Positions 26,558 through 36,107 of a stretch of DNA of 64,000 bases are shown in pieces. A program made the position numbers and the translations under genes. This DNA comes from a virus, in IMG/VR virus record IMGVR_UViG_3300050821_002957, positions 15,192 to 79,191 of that record; one strand, 5' to 3'. A model generated the notes under the pieces. That model had not been told where the DNA came from and ran no database searches. It saw only the letters and a list, made by a program, of their open reading frames with translations. The number at the start of each line of letters is the position of its first letter. Position 1 is the stretch's first letter.

Positions 26558-29362
26558 CTACAGGAAGTAATGCGGGTTGTTAATCATGCTTCCAACTGTT
26601 CCGTCAAATCCAGGTTTCACTAGCATTTCTATCGCAATTTGGTTGACACCAGCCGGGGTGATAGCGGCATTATTCAGTGTCGCAAGAGCAACTTCTTGAA
26701 TTGCAGCGTCAGAATTACCATTTCCTAGACCTTCAATGGCGACTGATTCTAATCTTGAGTTTCCGCCGTTCGTGTACAATTCTTCGATTGCTACCTGGGC
26801 AACCACTGCGTTCGGATGTCCAGAACAAACTGAAGCGATAGCAACTTGTTGAATATATGCAGAAGAAAATTCGACTAATTGGTTCAGAGTCAAAACTTCC
26901 ATTGTGATTTGGGTTGTCAGACCACTCGGATCGCCTGGACCTTGTAACATTTCCAAGGTTGCCTGAGTCATTAAGACGAACGCTTTGATCGAATAAATTG
27001 CTTCAATAGCAACTTGATCAAGCAAAGCCTCTCCTCCATCGCCACCACCTAGACCTTCGATTGCGGCCTGTTGAATTGCAGCCAGATTTGCCAGATATAA
27101 TACTTCTTCTACAACTTGAGTGTTTCGACAGTGTGAAGTGGGAATCCACAACATTTCATAGTTGATTGCCGTAACTCTGACATTTGGATTTCCGGTCGCC
27201 AACACTTCCATCACTTCTTGTGTCAACAAAGCGTGTGTAAGGATCGAGAAAGTGACATAATCGTTGATCTCTTCTCCGAGAACACCATCTCCACCGATAG
27301 CCGCAATTCCACTGTTAGTAAACCCAACACTATTGCTGATCTGAGTGTTGTTAAGCGCTTCTCCAACGAACAATGGTAGCAAATCCCATTCTGCTCTTGT
27401 ATTGTCTTCGAGTGGTTGGTTGAGAGCCGTTTCCATACTTCGATTAAATCCGAAGACATATTCGACATCGATACAACCAAGATAATTTGGACCACCTGCA
27501 CTGCTAGATGTTGTACCAGACATTGTAAAACTGCCACTGAAGATCGAAGCAAAATCAGGAGATCCAAAGAGTGTCTGATTAGCAATGATACCGAACAAAT
27601 AATCTGGACCGAGCAAGAAATTTGTGTTGGCAAGAGATACGTCAGATGCAGCCGGGAAAGTAACGCCATCTGCAAAGATAAACGAGCCAACACAATTTAA
27701 TTCCGAATCTGGTAAGAAAATTACAGTTCCAAATTGATCTGTCGAGGTCGAAATAAAGACGGACGTGTTGCCATTGCAAGTAAACGTAGCATTGACTTGT
27801 CGAAACGGCGTGATAGCAACTGTGGTTTCTCCATTGCAAGTGATGAATCCACTTTGATTGAGATTCACTTTGCCTGTAAGAGTGCTGACGCCGATCAAAT
27901 TTGCTGTAACGAAGTGAACACCTGTAATGCTTGACTGACCATTGATCGATTGGGTCGTCGAATTTTGAATGACACCAATTCCCAAGATGGTTTGGATAGT
28001 AAGCAGTCCAACACTTGTCTGACCGGAAATGGTTTGTATGGTAGAATTTTGAATATCACCAGCACCAGTGATCGTCTTAGTCGTATCATTTTGAAGATCA
28101 GATTGGCCGGTGATCGTCTGGACTGTAAGTGTACCGATGTCAGATTGACCAGTGATCGTCTTGGTCGTATTATTTTCAAGATCAGCCGCACCAGGAATGG
28201 TCTGTATCGTATTTTTTGCAACACACGACTCACCATTGATCGTTTGTGTGGTGAGATTACCTACGTTTGCCTGACCAGTGATCGTATGTGTCGTTGTGGT
28301 TATGATGTCGCCAGCACCCAGAATAGTCTGTAGAGTATTGGCTTTGATATCCGATGTACCTTGAATGGTCGATACAAAGATGCCACCGATGTCCGAATAA
28401 CCTTGAATGGTTTGCGTGGTCGTCTTTTGAATATCCGACTGACCAGTAAGCGTCTTAGTCGTCGTTACGGCAATGACGCTCTGACCAGTAAGTGTCTTGG
28501 TTGTGAGACTTCCAATGCTTGTTTGACCAGTGAGCGTCTTAGTCGTCGTGATCTGAATGCTACCCTGACCAGTGATAGTCTGGGTGCGAGTGGACTGAAT
28601 GTCACCTTGTCCAGTAATTGTCTTGGTTGTGAGGCTTCCGATGCTTGATTGACCAAGAATGGTTTTGGTTGTCGAAAGTTGAATGTCCGACTGACCAGTA
28701 ATAGTCTGAGTTGTGGTTATACCGCCCGTCGAAGGCTGATAAAAGAATAATGTTTTCTTAAGAACCAGACCATCACTGGCGTTGCCGATGATGGTATGAC
28801 GAAAAAGATCAGCAAAGTGACCATACCCTCCTCTTGAAGTTGCCGAGGAAATGGTAAAAACAACTGATGCATCAACGGGGGTCCAGGTATCAGTTAGAAC
28901 TGGACTATTCGGAGTCGGAGTTTGTCCGCTATATTGAGTCTCACTTGCTATCGTTACTTTACTGTACGTGTCGGTATTGAGATTAACGACTTCTTTGCGA
29001 GGAAGAGGAGCAGTTTCGGTTACGTCATATTGAATCGGATGACGAAAAAGATCAGCAAAGTGACCATATCCTCCTCTCGATTCTGCTGAAGAAATGGTAA
29101 AGATGACAGATGAACTGACAGGAGGCCAAGTGTCATCTAAAAAAGTTGGATTGAGAGTTCCGTGAAGGATTGAACCAGCACCAGAAAGTGTCTGGACAGT
29201 ATTTGCAGCGATATCGGACTGACCCGTAATCGTCGATGTAAATGTGCCAAGAAGATACGACTGGCCATTGATGCTCTTAGAAGTGAGTGTGCTTCCGCCG
29301 CTCGTACTTCCTAGTTGAGCACCACCTAACTGTAAATTTCCTAATTGCGATTGTTGGGGCAT
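26558..29362 (-). CDS. large repeat-containing fibre protein (934 aa) with three distinct internal repeat types
   Basis: About 20 copies of a 13-aa repeat (T.TITGQSDI...); a duplicated ~50-aa segment (...SRGGYGHFADLFRH...); about seven C-terminal (Q/S)VAIE.L repeats. Confidence 0.6.
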   Translation of the reverse strand: MPQQSQLGNLQLGGAQLGSTSGGSTLTSKSINGQSYLLGTFTSTITGQSDIAANTVQTLSGAGSILHGTLNPTFLDDTWPPVSSSVIFTISSAESRGGYGHFADLFRHPIQYDVTETAPLPRKEVVNLNTDTYSKVTIASETQYSGQTPTPNSPVLTDTWTPVDASVVFTISSATSRGGYGHFADLFRHTIIGNASDGLVLKKTLFFYQPSTGGITTTQTITGQSDIQLSTTKTILGQSSIGSLTTKTITGQGDIQSTRTQTITGQGSIQITTTKTLTGQTSIGSLTTKTLTGQSVIAVTTTKTLTGQSDIQKTTTQTIQGYSDIGGIFVSTIQGTSDIKANTLQTILGAGDIITTTTHTITGQANVGNLTTQTINGESCVAKNTIQTIPGAADLENNTTKTITGQSDIGTLTVQTITGQSDLQNDTTKTITGAGDIQNSTIQTISGQTSVGLLTIQTILGIGVIQNSTTQSINGQSSITGVHFVTANLIGVSTLTGKVNLNQSGFITCNGETTVAITPFRQVNATFTCNGNTSVFISTSTDQFGTVIFLPDSELNCVGSFIFADGVTFPAASDVSLANTNFLLGPDYLFGIIANQTLFGSPDFASIFSGSFTMSGTTSSSAGGPNYLGCIDVEYVFGFNRSMETALNQPLEDNTRAEWDLLPLFVGEALNNTQISNSVGFTNSGIAAIGGDGVLGEEINDYVTFSILTHALLTQEVMEVLATGNPNVRVTAINYEMLWIPTSHCRNTQVVEEVLYLANLAAIQQAAIEGLGGGDGGEALLDQVAIEAIYSIKAFVLMTQATLEMLQGPGDPSGLTTQITMEVLTLNQLVEFSSAYIQQVAIASVCSGHPNAVVAQVAIEELYTNGGNSRLESVAIEGLGNGNSDAAIQEVALATLNNAAITPAGVNQIAIEMLVKPGFDGTVGSMINNPHYFL
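27900..28720. repeat. tandem coding repeats of ~39 nt period inside the 934-aa fibre gene
   Basis: Recurring gaccagtgatcgtct(t/g)g... units visible in the DNA; they generate the spurious overlapping ORFs 27950-28333 and 28361-28648. Confidence 0.55.
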
Positions 29363-29460
29363 ATTTTTAGCCCCGTTACATCAAAGACCGAATTGAGGCA
29401 ATGTAGGACACGTTGAATATTTATCCTGCACTGGGTTACCTGCAAACTTTCTCAAAACGG

Positions 29461-30723
29461 TTAGGTGATAGTGACAAAAAGCGTTCCTCTAGCTCCTAAA
29501 CTGTTATTGCCGCCAGCACCAAAATTGTTGTGTGTGATTGCAACCCAGTTGTGACTGTCCAAAGAATTGATCGTTGTTTCACAAGGGTATCCGTCATTGG
29601 AGACAAAGGCATTCCACAACTGTCCACGGAAATAACTTGTATCACCTACCCCAGTGAGTCCCCAGCCAATTAATGGATCACTCATAACAGCACTCATGTC
29701 ATGCCATAGAGAACTACCGGGACTTTCTGCTGCCATCATATATGTTGCAGTCTGAGTTGATGCTAGAGATTGATAGCCTGGGCCGTCGCTATTATCACTT
29801 GTTTGGTCTACTAAGTTTCCATTACAAAGATGTTGAAAACTTGGACTTGGTTCTGTTCCATTCCAAATCGAACAAGCTAATCGTGTCCGAAATGAAATCC
29901 TAGGCTGCGATGGAACGTCTGAATCTGAAGCAGCATTTCCTTGCAGCCACATGGCTTCCCAAATTGCACCTTGAAGTGAAGTTGGAATAAATGGCACACC
30001 AAAGGCAGCATAATCCCGAGACTGAACAGATCCAGGAACAACAATAAATGCTTGGTATTTGTTGCCATACATTTTGAAACCTTTTCCTGCGGCAGGGAGA
30101 AGCATTGTTCCGTTGCTATTTCCATTGGCTCCCACCTTTGAACCTGAAACATTTTGAAGGCTGATGCCAACTGTATTTGAGTTTGTTGTGGTGATTGTCA
30201 CCTGCATCCGTAAATTTTGTGAAGCTGGTGAGCATGAAGACATACAGACAATCGAACTTGAATGATGGCCCGATACTGTAATCCACCCAGAAGCAACTAA
30301 ATTATCCTCAATACCGGATGCCAAATCCTGTTTTGTATCGCCGATGAAAGAATTGGCTACAACCGAACCACCTGTATAGGTTTGATAAGAATTTCCACCC
30401 GAAACGAACCCCAAAATTGTATTGGAATTGTTAGATGGAGAATTGAACAAAATGGTTGAAGACAGTCCGAGAGACGATCCATCACGAATGCGAACGTAGT
30501 TGATTCCGTTGATCGTACAAACTGATGCTGTGGCTCCAGCCAAACCAGAAAGATCAGTAACGATTTGTGCGGCAGTTCGAGCAGAACCGTTCGTAAGCGT
30601 AAAGACTTGAGCCGATCCACCATCAATACTTACGGAGAATTGATTGTTAGACGAAGTTATGTTGTAAGGCTCTGGGAGCGTATTTACAGCATCAGCGACA
30701 GAATCAGCAAATTGAATAGACAT
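29461..30723 (-). CDS. fibre-like protein (family D; paralogue of 30732-31940)
   Basis: MSIQFADSVADAV...SVSIDGGSAQVFTLTNGS parallels MSIQFMDLNADAV...SVTIDGGSAQVFTLTHGS; C-terminal GQLWNAFVSN domain. Confidence 0.55.
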   Translation of the reverse strand: MSIQFADSVADAVNTLPEPYNITSSNNQFSVSIDGGSAQVFTLTNGSARTAAQIVTDLSGLAGATASVCTINGINYVRIRDGSSLGLSSTILFNSPSNNSNTILGFVSGGNSYQTYTGGSVVANSFIGDTKQDLASGIEDNLVASGWITVSGHHSSSIVCMSSCSPASQNLRMQVTITTTNSNTVGISLQNVSGSKVGANGNSNGTMLLPAAGKGFKMYGNKYQAFIVVPGSVQSRDYAAFGVPFIPTSLQGAIWEAMWLQGNAASDSDVPSQPRISFRTRLACSIWNGTEPSPSFQHLCNGNLVDQTSDNSDGPGYQSLASTQTATYMMAAESPGSSLWHDMSAVMSDPLIGWGLTGVGDTSYFRGQLWNAFVSNDGYPCETTINSLDSHNWVAITHNNFGAGGNNSLGARGTLFVTIT

Positions 30724-30731
30724 AATTTTAT

Positions 30732-31940
30732 TTAGGTGACAACGAAGAAAGATCCCCGACCTGTAGTTGATGTGCCAGTATTACTAGATGTGAGATTTTG
30801 CCAATTGGCTCCATCAATCGAAGTCAAAGTAGAATCGATAGTATATGATTCATTTGAGACGAAAGCATCCCAAAGCTGTCCACGACCCATTGCTTCGTCG
30901 GTAGCGGCTGTCAAACCGTACATAATGATGGGGTCTCCTAACATTGCACTTGCATCGTGCCATCTGTACCAACTAGCTGTTGTGCCGGGAAAAATATTTC
31001 CAAACTGGTTCAACAGACACATCATACCTGCGCCGCCGCCTGTAGGATTATTTGCAATTTCCCAAAGATTGTTATTCGTGATGAAGGTACAATTTCCAAT
31101 TCCCGGACTACCGCCCCAACCTAAAGCAGTCCTAAATGAACCTCGTACCGATGTATCTGAATCTGATGCCGCATTCCCATTAAGCCAGATTGCTTCGTAA
31201 ATGACCGTTTGCAAAAATGAAGGAAGACAAGGTACACCGAAACCAACATAACCTCGTGCCGTACTAGAACCAGGAACAAAAGCAAACGCCTGATACTTGT
31301 CAGCGATTACCTGATATGAACCATTTGATGGCAGCAAAAATCCACCATTGCTTGTGCCCTGTGTGCCTGCTTTTGTTCCCGTCACATTGGAGATTGTCAC
31401 ACCAAGACAATTCGTACTTGCGTATAAGCTGACCCTCATTCTCAAATTTGAAGGATAGGGCGTCATGGACGATTGCAGAACGGTAGGTATCGAATGATGT
31501 CCCGAAATTGTAATCCATCCGGCACTGTTAAGAGCATCCTCAATACCAGAGGCTACAGTCTGCTTGGTCGAAGTCGAAAATGTAGAACTGACATTCGCAC
31601 CACCAGTATATGTGGTCGCCACGAATCCTAAAGTTGAATTAGCATTGCTAGATGGAGCATTTATCAAAATTGTCGAACTTGATCCAAGTGCCGAAGTATC
31701 ACGAATACGGACGTAATTTGCACCGTTGACTGTTGCTACTGATGCTGTTGCTCCAGTCAAAGCGGAAAGGTTTGACACAACCGTAGCAGCAGAAACCGTA
31801 GAACCATGTGTAAGAGTAAAGACCTGGGCTGAACCACCATCAATGGTCACCGACAATTGATCATTTGACGACGAGATATTATATGTGTCGTTCACCGTGC
31901 CTACTGCATCGGCATTGAGGTCCATAAATTGAATTGACAT
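30732..31940 (-). CDS. fibre-like protein (family D)
   Basis: Tandem paralogue of the preceding gene; the C-terminal domain is also shared with the protein encoded at 35201-36106. Confidence 0.55.
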   Translation of the reverse strand: MSIQFMDLNADAVGTVNDTYNISSSNDQLSVTIDGGSAQVFTLTHGSTVSAATVVSNLSALTGATASVATVNGANYVRIRDTSALGSSSTILINAPSSNANSTLGFVATTYTGGANVSSTFSTSTKQTVASGIEDALNSAGWITISGHHSIPTVLQSSMTPYPSNLRMRVSLYASTNCLGVTISNVTGTKAGTQGTSNGGFLLPSNGSYQVIADKYQAFAFVPGSSTARGYVGFGVPCLPSFLQTVIYEAIWLNGNAASDSDTSVRGSFRTALGWGGSPGIGNCTFITNNNLWEIANNPTGGGAGMMCLLNQFGNIFPGTTASWYRWHDASAMLGDPIIMYGLTAATDEAMGRGQLWDAFVSNESYTIDSTLTSIDGANWQNLTSSNTGTSTTGRGSFFVVT

Positions 31941-32335
31941 TAACTCACCATTGCGACATGCTGAAATTCCTTATCATCAATGATCGCTTTCCATCCAGCA
32001 ATAAATCCAGAGCATTGTGGAACTGTACTTTGATTACTCATCGACATCATACGCCAATAGACGATTTCTTTTTTGGTATCTGGTGGAACGATTTGATTGA
32101 TCGGTTGAAGTACGCCATCTACGACAATATCTCCGGTCTTCAAATTTACAATAACCTTGTTTGCTTCGGTTGGTGAAGCCAAAACAAAGGTCTCCAGATC
32201 AGAACGATTCAAGACATCATAGAATGCACTTGGACCATTGCCTTGTTCATCAGGAGGAATCAATGTTGACGTGTCTTCATGTGTCTGTGCAACCACATGA
32301 CCATCTGAAAAAGTGGCTGTAAAAAGGTACTTCAT
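31940..32335 (-). CDS. hypothetical structural-block protein
   Basis: ATGA overlap with the upstream gene. Confidence 0.45.
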   Translation of the reverse strand: MKYLFTATFSDGHVVAQTHEDTSTLIPPDEQGNGPSAFYDVLNRSDLETFVLASPTEANKVIVNLKTGDIVVDGVLQPINQIVPPDTKKEIVYWRMMSMSNQSTVPQCSGFIAGWKAIIDDKEFQHVAMVS

Positions 32336-32336
32336 T

Positions 32337-32867
32337 TTAATTCTCCAAGTATTGAAGGCTCATCGTCGCTGTTGCCGTCAAGCCTGCGGCCACGCTACCT
32401 GTCGTCTGAAGCTGGGACGCCAAATATTGAGTATATGCTGGATTTGCCGTTGTCGATGAAGAAGGACTTGCACCTTGTGGACCCACTGAACTAAACAATA
32501 CCGTCTGACCTGAACCAATTGAAATCGTCGAAGTCATGTTCACTGTGAGACTGGCATTTGTTGTGGTTGAAGGAGTCGCATACGTGCTCGTTACAACACC
32601 ATCCAAAGTGATGCCTGTTCCAAATGTTCCTGAAGTATGTGCCCATAGTCCATTTTGGATTTGAGTGTAGGTGCCCGAGAACTTACCGAACATGTAGATC
32701 GTGTAACTGTTGTTTCCAGCCGAAATTGGTGCAGCGGTATTAGCTGTCGTTGCGTCGTCGGCGTTCTTCCAATTTGTTTCAGTGCGGCCTGTGGCTCTTG
32801 TGGTTCCTTGTGCAGGCGATCCGGTCGCTACGCCGTGGTCGGATTCCCAATCAAATGTTGCTGGCAT
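32337..32867 (-). CDS. hypothetical Thr/Ser-rich fibre-associated protein
   Basis: ORF with a CTAAATAGCC motif upstream. Confidence 0.45.
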   Translation of the reverse strand: MPATFDWESDHGVATGSPAQGTTRATGRTETNWKNADDATTANTAAPISAGNNSYTIYMFGKFSGTYTQIQNGLWAHTSGTFGTGITLDGVVTSTYATPSTTTNASLTVNMTSTISIGSGQTVLFSSVGPQGASPSSSTTANPAYTQYLASQLQTTGSVAAGLTATATMSLQYLEN

Positions 32868-32909
32868 GTTTTTGTAAACTCCTATGTAAAATACACTCTC
32901 TGCGGCTAT

Positions 32910-33971
32910 TTAGGAAAACGGTTCCCAATAGTTGGTCGGTGTGGTTCCGGTTTCGACTTCAAGCGAAAGAAGTTCGGCGAACATCGTTAAGCTGCTCCAT
33001 TCACCCAAATAGACTCCCATGTGAGTAGGGCGATTCGGGAGAAAGTCCGTCTGTGAGTAAGCGTTATCGGCTGGCCACATGGAACCATCGCCTGAGATTG
33101 CAAGGTAAATGTCGCTATTGTGATACCCAAGCGCAAGATAATGAGGTACGCCGTTGTTGAACCCTTGGATACTAGCACCTCGACCCGTCGAATACTTCGT
33201 AGTGCTGAGATTTTGTGTGGTGATATCGTTCCAGTAGTAGTAATTCACGGTGCCGTTTGTGTCGGTGTTCCAGCAGACCGCCTTGCCCGATGCGGCGTCA
33301 TAGAGGTAGATACCAAATCTAGAGGTGCCCGCCGCTGAGTGAGACGACCGACGAAGGTACAATCTTGCTCTGAAGTCGCCGCTGCCTGGAAGATTGCTTG
33401 ATGGCGGGTGGAAGAAGGCATCGCCGTTATTAGTTCCGCCGTTGCCAAGACGGGTCACACCGCCTAGACTTGTGTACACATGGAAGTCACTACCGCTTGT
33501 CTTGTACAGCGTGTAAGTCGAACCATTAACAGGCGTACACAGGTGACCGAATGCGTAAGCGTCCCAAGACGTACCGTTGAAATAGTACTCGTAGGGGCTG
33601 GCATCGGTCGCTTTGTAGCGGTCACCTGTGTACGCAACCGTCGTAGAAGGCAGGTTGGCGTAGGTGCCTGTCTGGTTCTGATTCGCACGAATTGTTGTAA
33701 TGGCACCAGCCGTCAAAACAGCACCTACGGCTGTACCACTAGTATGAGTTGCTGCGGTGGTAGATTCGTAACCACGAGTGACCGTCCAAGTTGTTCCTGA
33801 AACTGCCGTTACTAACATGATCTCGTTATCGATTTTGATTCGGAAATTTCCTGTTGTAGGATAGCCAGTCGATGTGTTTACACTGATACTCGTGGACGAT
33901 GTTGAGGTAATCGCCGAGGCAAGGTAATTACTGATATTGAAATCGTTGCAATATTGTTCTGAAAGTGCCAT
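32910..33971 (-). CDS. fibre-like protein
   Basis: 353-aa beta-rich ORF in the fibre block. Confidence 0.5.
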   Translation of the reverse strand: MALSEQYCNDFNISNYLASAITSTSSTSISVNTSTGYPTTGNFRIKIDNEIMLVTAVSGTTWTVTRGYESTTAATHTSGTAVGAVLTAGAITTIRANQNQTGTYANLPSTTVAYTGDRYKATDASPYEYYFNGTSWDAYAFGHLCTPVNGSTYTLYKTSGSDFHVYTSLGGVTRLGNGGTNNGDAFFHPPSSNLPGSGDFRARLYLRRSSHSAAGTSRFGIYLYDAASGKAVCWNTDTNGTVNYYYWNDITTQNLSTTKYSTGRGASIQGFNNGVPHYLALGYHNSDIYLAISGDGSMWPADNAYSQTDFLPNRPTHMGVYLGEWSSLTMFAELLSLEVETGTTPTNYWEPFS

Positions 33972-33975
33972 TTGC

Positions 33976-34374
33976 TTATGTCAATTGAACTGTGAGATTA
34001 CCAGACAAAATTTTAACTTCTTCTGTAGCGTTAACTGTGATGCTTGAATTCAGCGCTCCATAATACAGAAGATTGCCAGTGGTCAAAGCATCCCATATGC
34101 TTATATAGGCAACAGTTCCCCAACCTGCTGGTGTTGCTCCACCCCAAACAATTAAAGCATTTGTGCTGATCGAACCACCAGAGACAGAAGCCCATGAGAT
34201 GGCTTGCCGAGCGTATGCGTTACCACTGATCTCGTTTGCAAGAGCCGTAGACGTAGACGCAGTTGGATTCGTCGCATGAAGTCCAGCGTAGACTGTTGTC
34301 GGTGGAGTGTACGCTGAATTGTTGAGCGTCCCATTCAACAGGGCGTTCTGTAAGTAAGTGCTGAATGCTCCCAT
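33976..34374 (-). CDS. small fibre-associated protein (family C, copy 1 of 3 tandem paralogues)
   Basis: Shared pattern L.AtnPtas....E.sg..Y.RQ.I.....G.....n.....G.....WG.V...I.DA.T.GNLL.YG.L. Confidence 0.5.
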   Translation of the reverse strand: MGAFSTYLQNALLNGTLNNSAYTPPTTVYAGLHATNPTASTSTALANEISGNAYARQAISWASVSGGSISTNALIVWGGATPAGWGTVAYISIWDALTTGNLLYYGALNSSITVNATEEVKILSGNLTVQLT

Positions 34375-34800
34375 TTAACTCTCTGTCAGCACTAAACCAG
34401 CATTTGGGATTCGGAATCCATCACCTGTATTAATAGTCTTTGCTACCGTAAGTGTGCCGAAATACAAAATGTATCCTCCGGTCGAAGCTGACATGATGGC
34501 TCCTGCTACTACCGTTCCCCAATTTCCCGTTGCCGTTCCAAAATCAATGAGATTCTGATTTGATTTGACCCCGGCTGTTGTGACAGTCCAATTTTGTGTA
34601 TAAGGTGTTCCCAAGTCGTTGGAAATTGCTTGACGAGTATACCCGGTTCCTGACGTGCTTACCTCTGTTCCACCGCCTGTCCAAGTTGGTGCTGCGGTGT
34701 ACAGTGCCACGTAGACGGTTGTGAGCCGAGTATAACTTGGACCACCGAGTACATGATCCAAAATGTCGTCTGCGAGTGTCTGTCCTTTACCTGATGCCAT
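34375..34800 (-). CDS. small fibre-associated protein (family C, copy 2)
   Basis: Tandem paralogue. Confidence 0.5.
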   Translation of the reverse strand: MASGKGQTLADDILDHVLGGPSYTRLTTVYVALYTAAPTWTGGGTEVSTSGTGYTRQAISNDLGTPYTQNWTVTTAGVKSNQNLIDFGTATGNWGTVVAGAIMSASTGGYILYFGTLTVAKTINTGDGFRIPNAGLVLTES

Positions 34801-34814
34801 CTTATGGTATATAG

Positions 34815-35201
34815 CTACGAAACTGTAGCCGTGACGTTTCCGGTCAAAAATTTCAATACGTCACCAGCACCCACGTATTGAGGCGAAACCAAAGGTCCAA
34901 AGAACAACAAATTACCGCCTGTCGATGCATCTAGAATTGCTGCATAAACCACGTTGCCCCAGACACTCCCAGCGTAAGGGAAGGCAATATCCGTAGTGTT
35001 TGAGACGCTGCCGCCTGAGGGCGTACCAAATATGATTGGCTGGCGTACATAACTGACACCACTGATTTCTGTTCCGGTATCTGAAGCCGTAGGATTGGTC
35101 AAATAAAGAGCGAGAAACCAACTTGTAGGTAATGTAAACGAAGCATCGGTCAACAATGCGCCAATGACCTTGTTCGCTGTGGTCGTTCCAAGTGCTGCCA
35201 T
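34815..35201 (-). CDS. small fibre-associated protein (family C, copy 3)
   Basis: Tandem paralogue. Confidence 0.5.
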   Translation of the reverse strand: MAALGTTTANKVIGALLTDASFTLPTSWFLALYLTNPTASDTGTEISGVSYVRQPIIFGTPSGGSVSNTTDIAFPYAGSVWGNVVYAAILDASTGGNLLFFGPLVSPQYVGAGDVLKFLTGNVTATVS

Positions 35202-36106
35202 TATGCGCTCACATGGAAAAGCGTTCCTCTCATTGATGCTGGGAGAGTAACGTTTCCGTTATTGTTATTTGTTAAACTATAGTAAGTATGCGAATCGACC
35301 AAAGAAGTTGTGTCTGCTGGATACGATTCAGTTGCAATGAACGAATCCCAAAGTTGTCCAGTGAGTTTTCCTTCATTATCGATAGTCGGAGCACCCCATG
35401 CAATTAGCGGTTCGACTATCAACGCTGAATCGTCAACCCAACGGTATCCTGTAATCACATGAGTAGCCGTCGATTGAAAACAAACCAATGATGGAAGACC
35501 GGGGTGAGTTGAACTGTCTGCTGCGATTGCATTATACTCTACCGCTGTGCTATTGATGATCGACCATCCTTGTGAAGGTGCATACCCAACCAAACCTCGT
35601 GCATTTAATGATGTTCTAAAACTTCCTACCGTGTTACTTGTATCCGTATCAGACTGACCATCGCCCATAATGAATGCAGCGGTTGTCACTCCAAAGGTCA
35701 CCAAGTTTGGCGGAAGATAGACGGCGCTCGCCATACAAAAATTTCGACTTGAAACCGATCCCGGAACAAAAATCACAAATTGATACTTGTCTGCGATGAT
35801 ACGATAATTCGCACTCGATGATGGATACAAAAAACAACCAACCGATTGGCTGAGTGTTTGTGTTGTATTCATCATACGAAGGCAAATACTCTGTGTACTG
35901 CCACCTGGATCAAAAACTCGTACCTTGATCTGATTGCTCTGAGGCGTAAGAGCACTTTGATAGATTTTGTCTACGGAACTGTTGGTCGTCGTGATGCTCC
36001 AACCGGCTCCTGTAATTGCCGAATCAATCGCTGCGAATAATGATGCCTTATCCACAACGGTAGTAAGTGTGTTGACGAGTGTGCCGCCTGCGTATTGAAT
36101 TGCCAT
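35201..36106 (-). CDS. fibre-like protein sharing the family D C-terminal domain
   Basis: GQLWDSFIATESYPADTT...SMRGTLFHVSA parallels GQLWNAFVSNDGYPCETT...GARGTLFVTIT. Confidence 0.5.
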   Translation of the reverse strand: MAIQYAGGTLVNTLTTVVDKASLFAAIDSAITGAGWSITTTNSSVDKIYQSALTPQSNQIKVRVFDPGGSTQSICLRMMNTTQTLSQSVGCFLYPSSSANYRIIADKYQFVIFVPGSVSSRNFCMASAVYLPPNLVTFGVTTAAFIMGDGQSDTDTSNTVGSFRTSLNARGLVGYAPSQGWSIINSTAVEYNAIAADSSTHPGLPSLVCFQSTATHVITGYRWVDDSALIVEPLIAWGAPTIDNEGKLTGQLWDSFIATESYPADTTSLVDSHTYYSLTNNNNGNVTLPASMRGTLFHVSA

Positions 36107-36107
36107 G

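Noticed and set aside
27416-28648. Plus-strand ORFs with SDRL-type repeats inside the 934-aa fibre gene
   Set aside because: They are produced by the ~39-nt tandem coding repeats; the minus-strand frame gives a coherent fibre protein.
27900-28720. Possible CRISPR array suggested by the regular ~39-nt repeats
   Set aside because: The repeats are in-frame coding repeats of a fibre protein with no variable spacers and no cas genes; this is not CRISPR.
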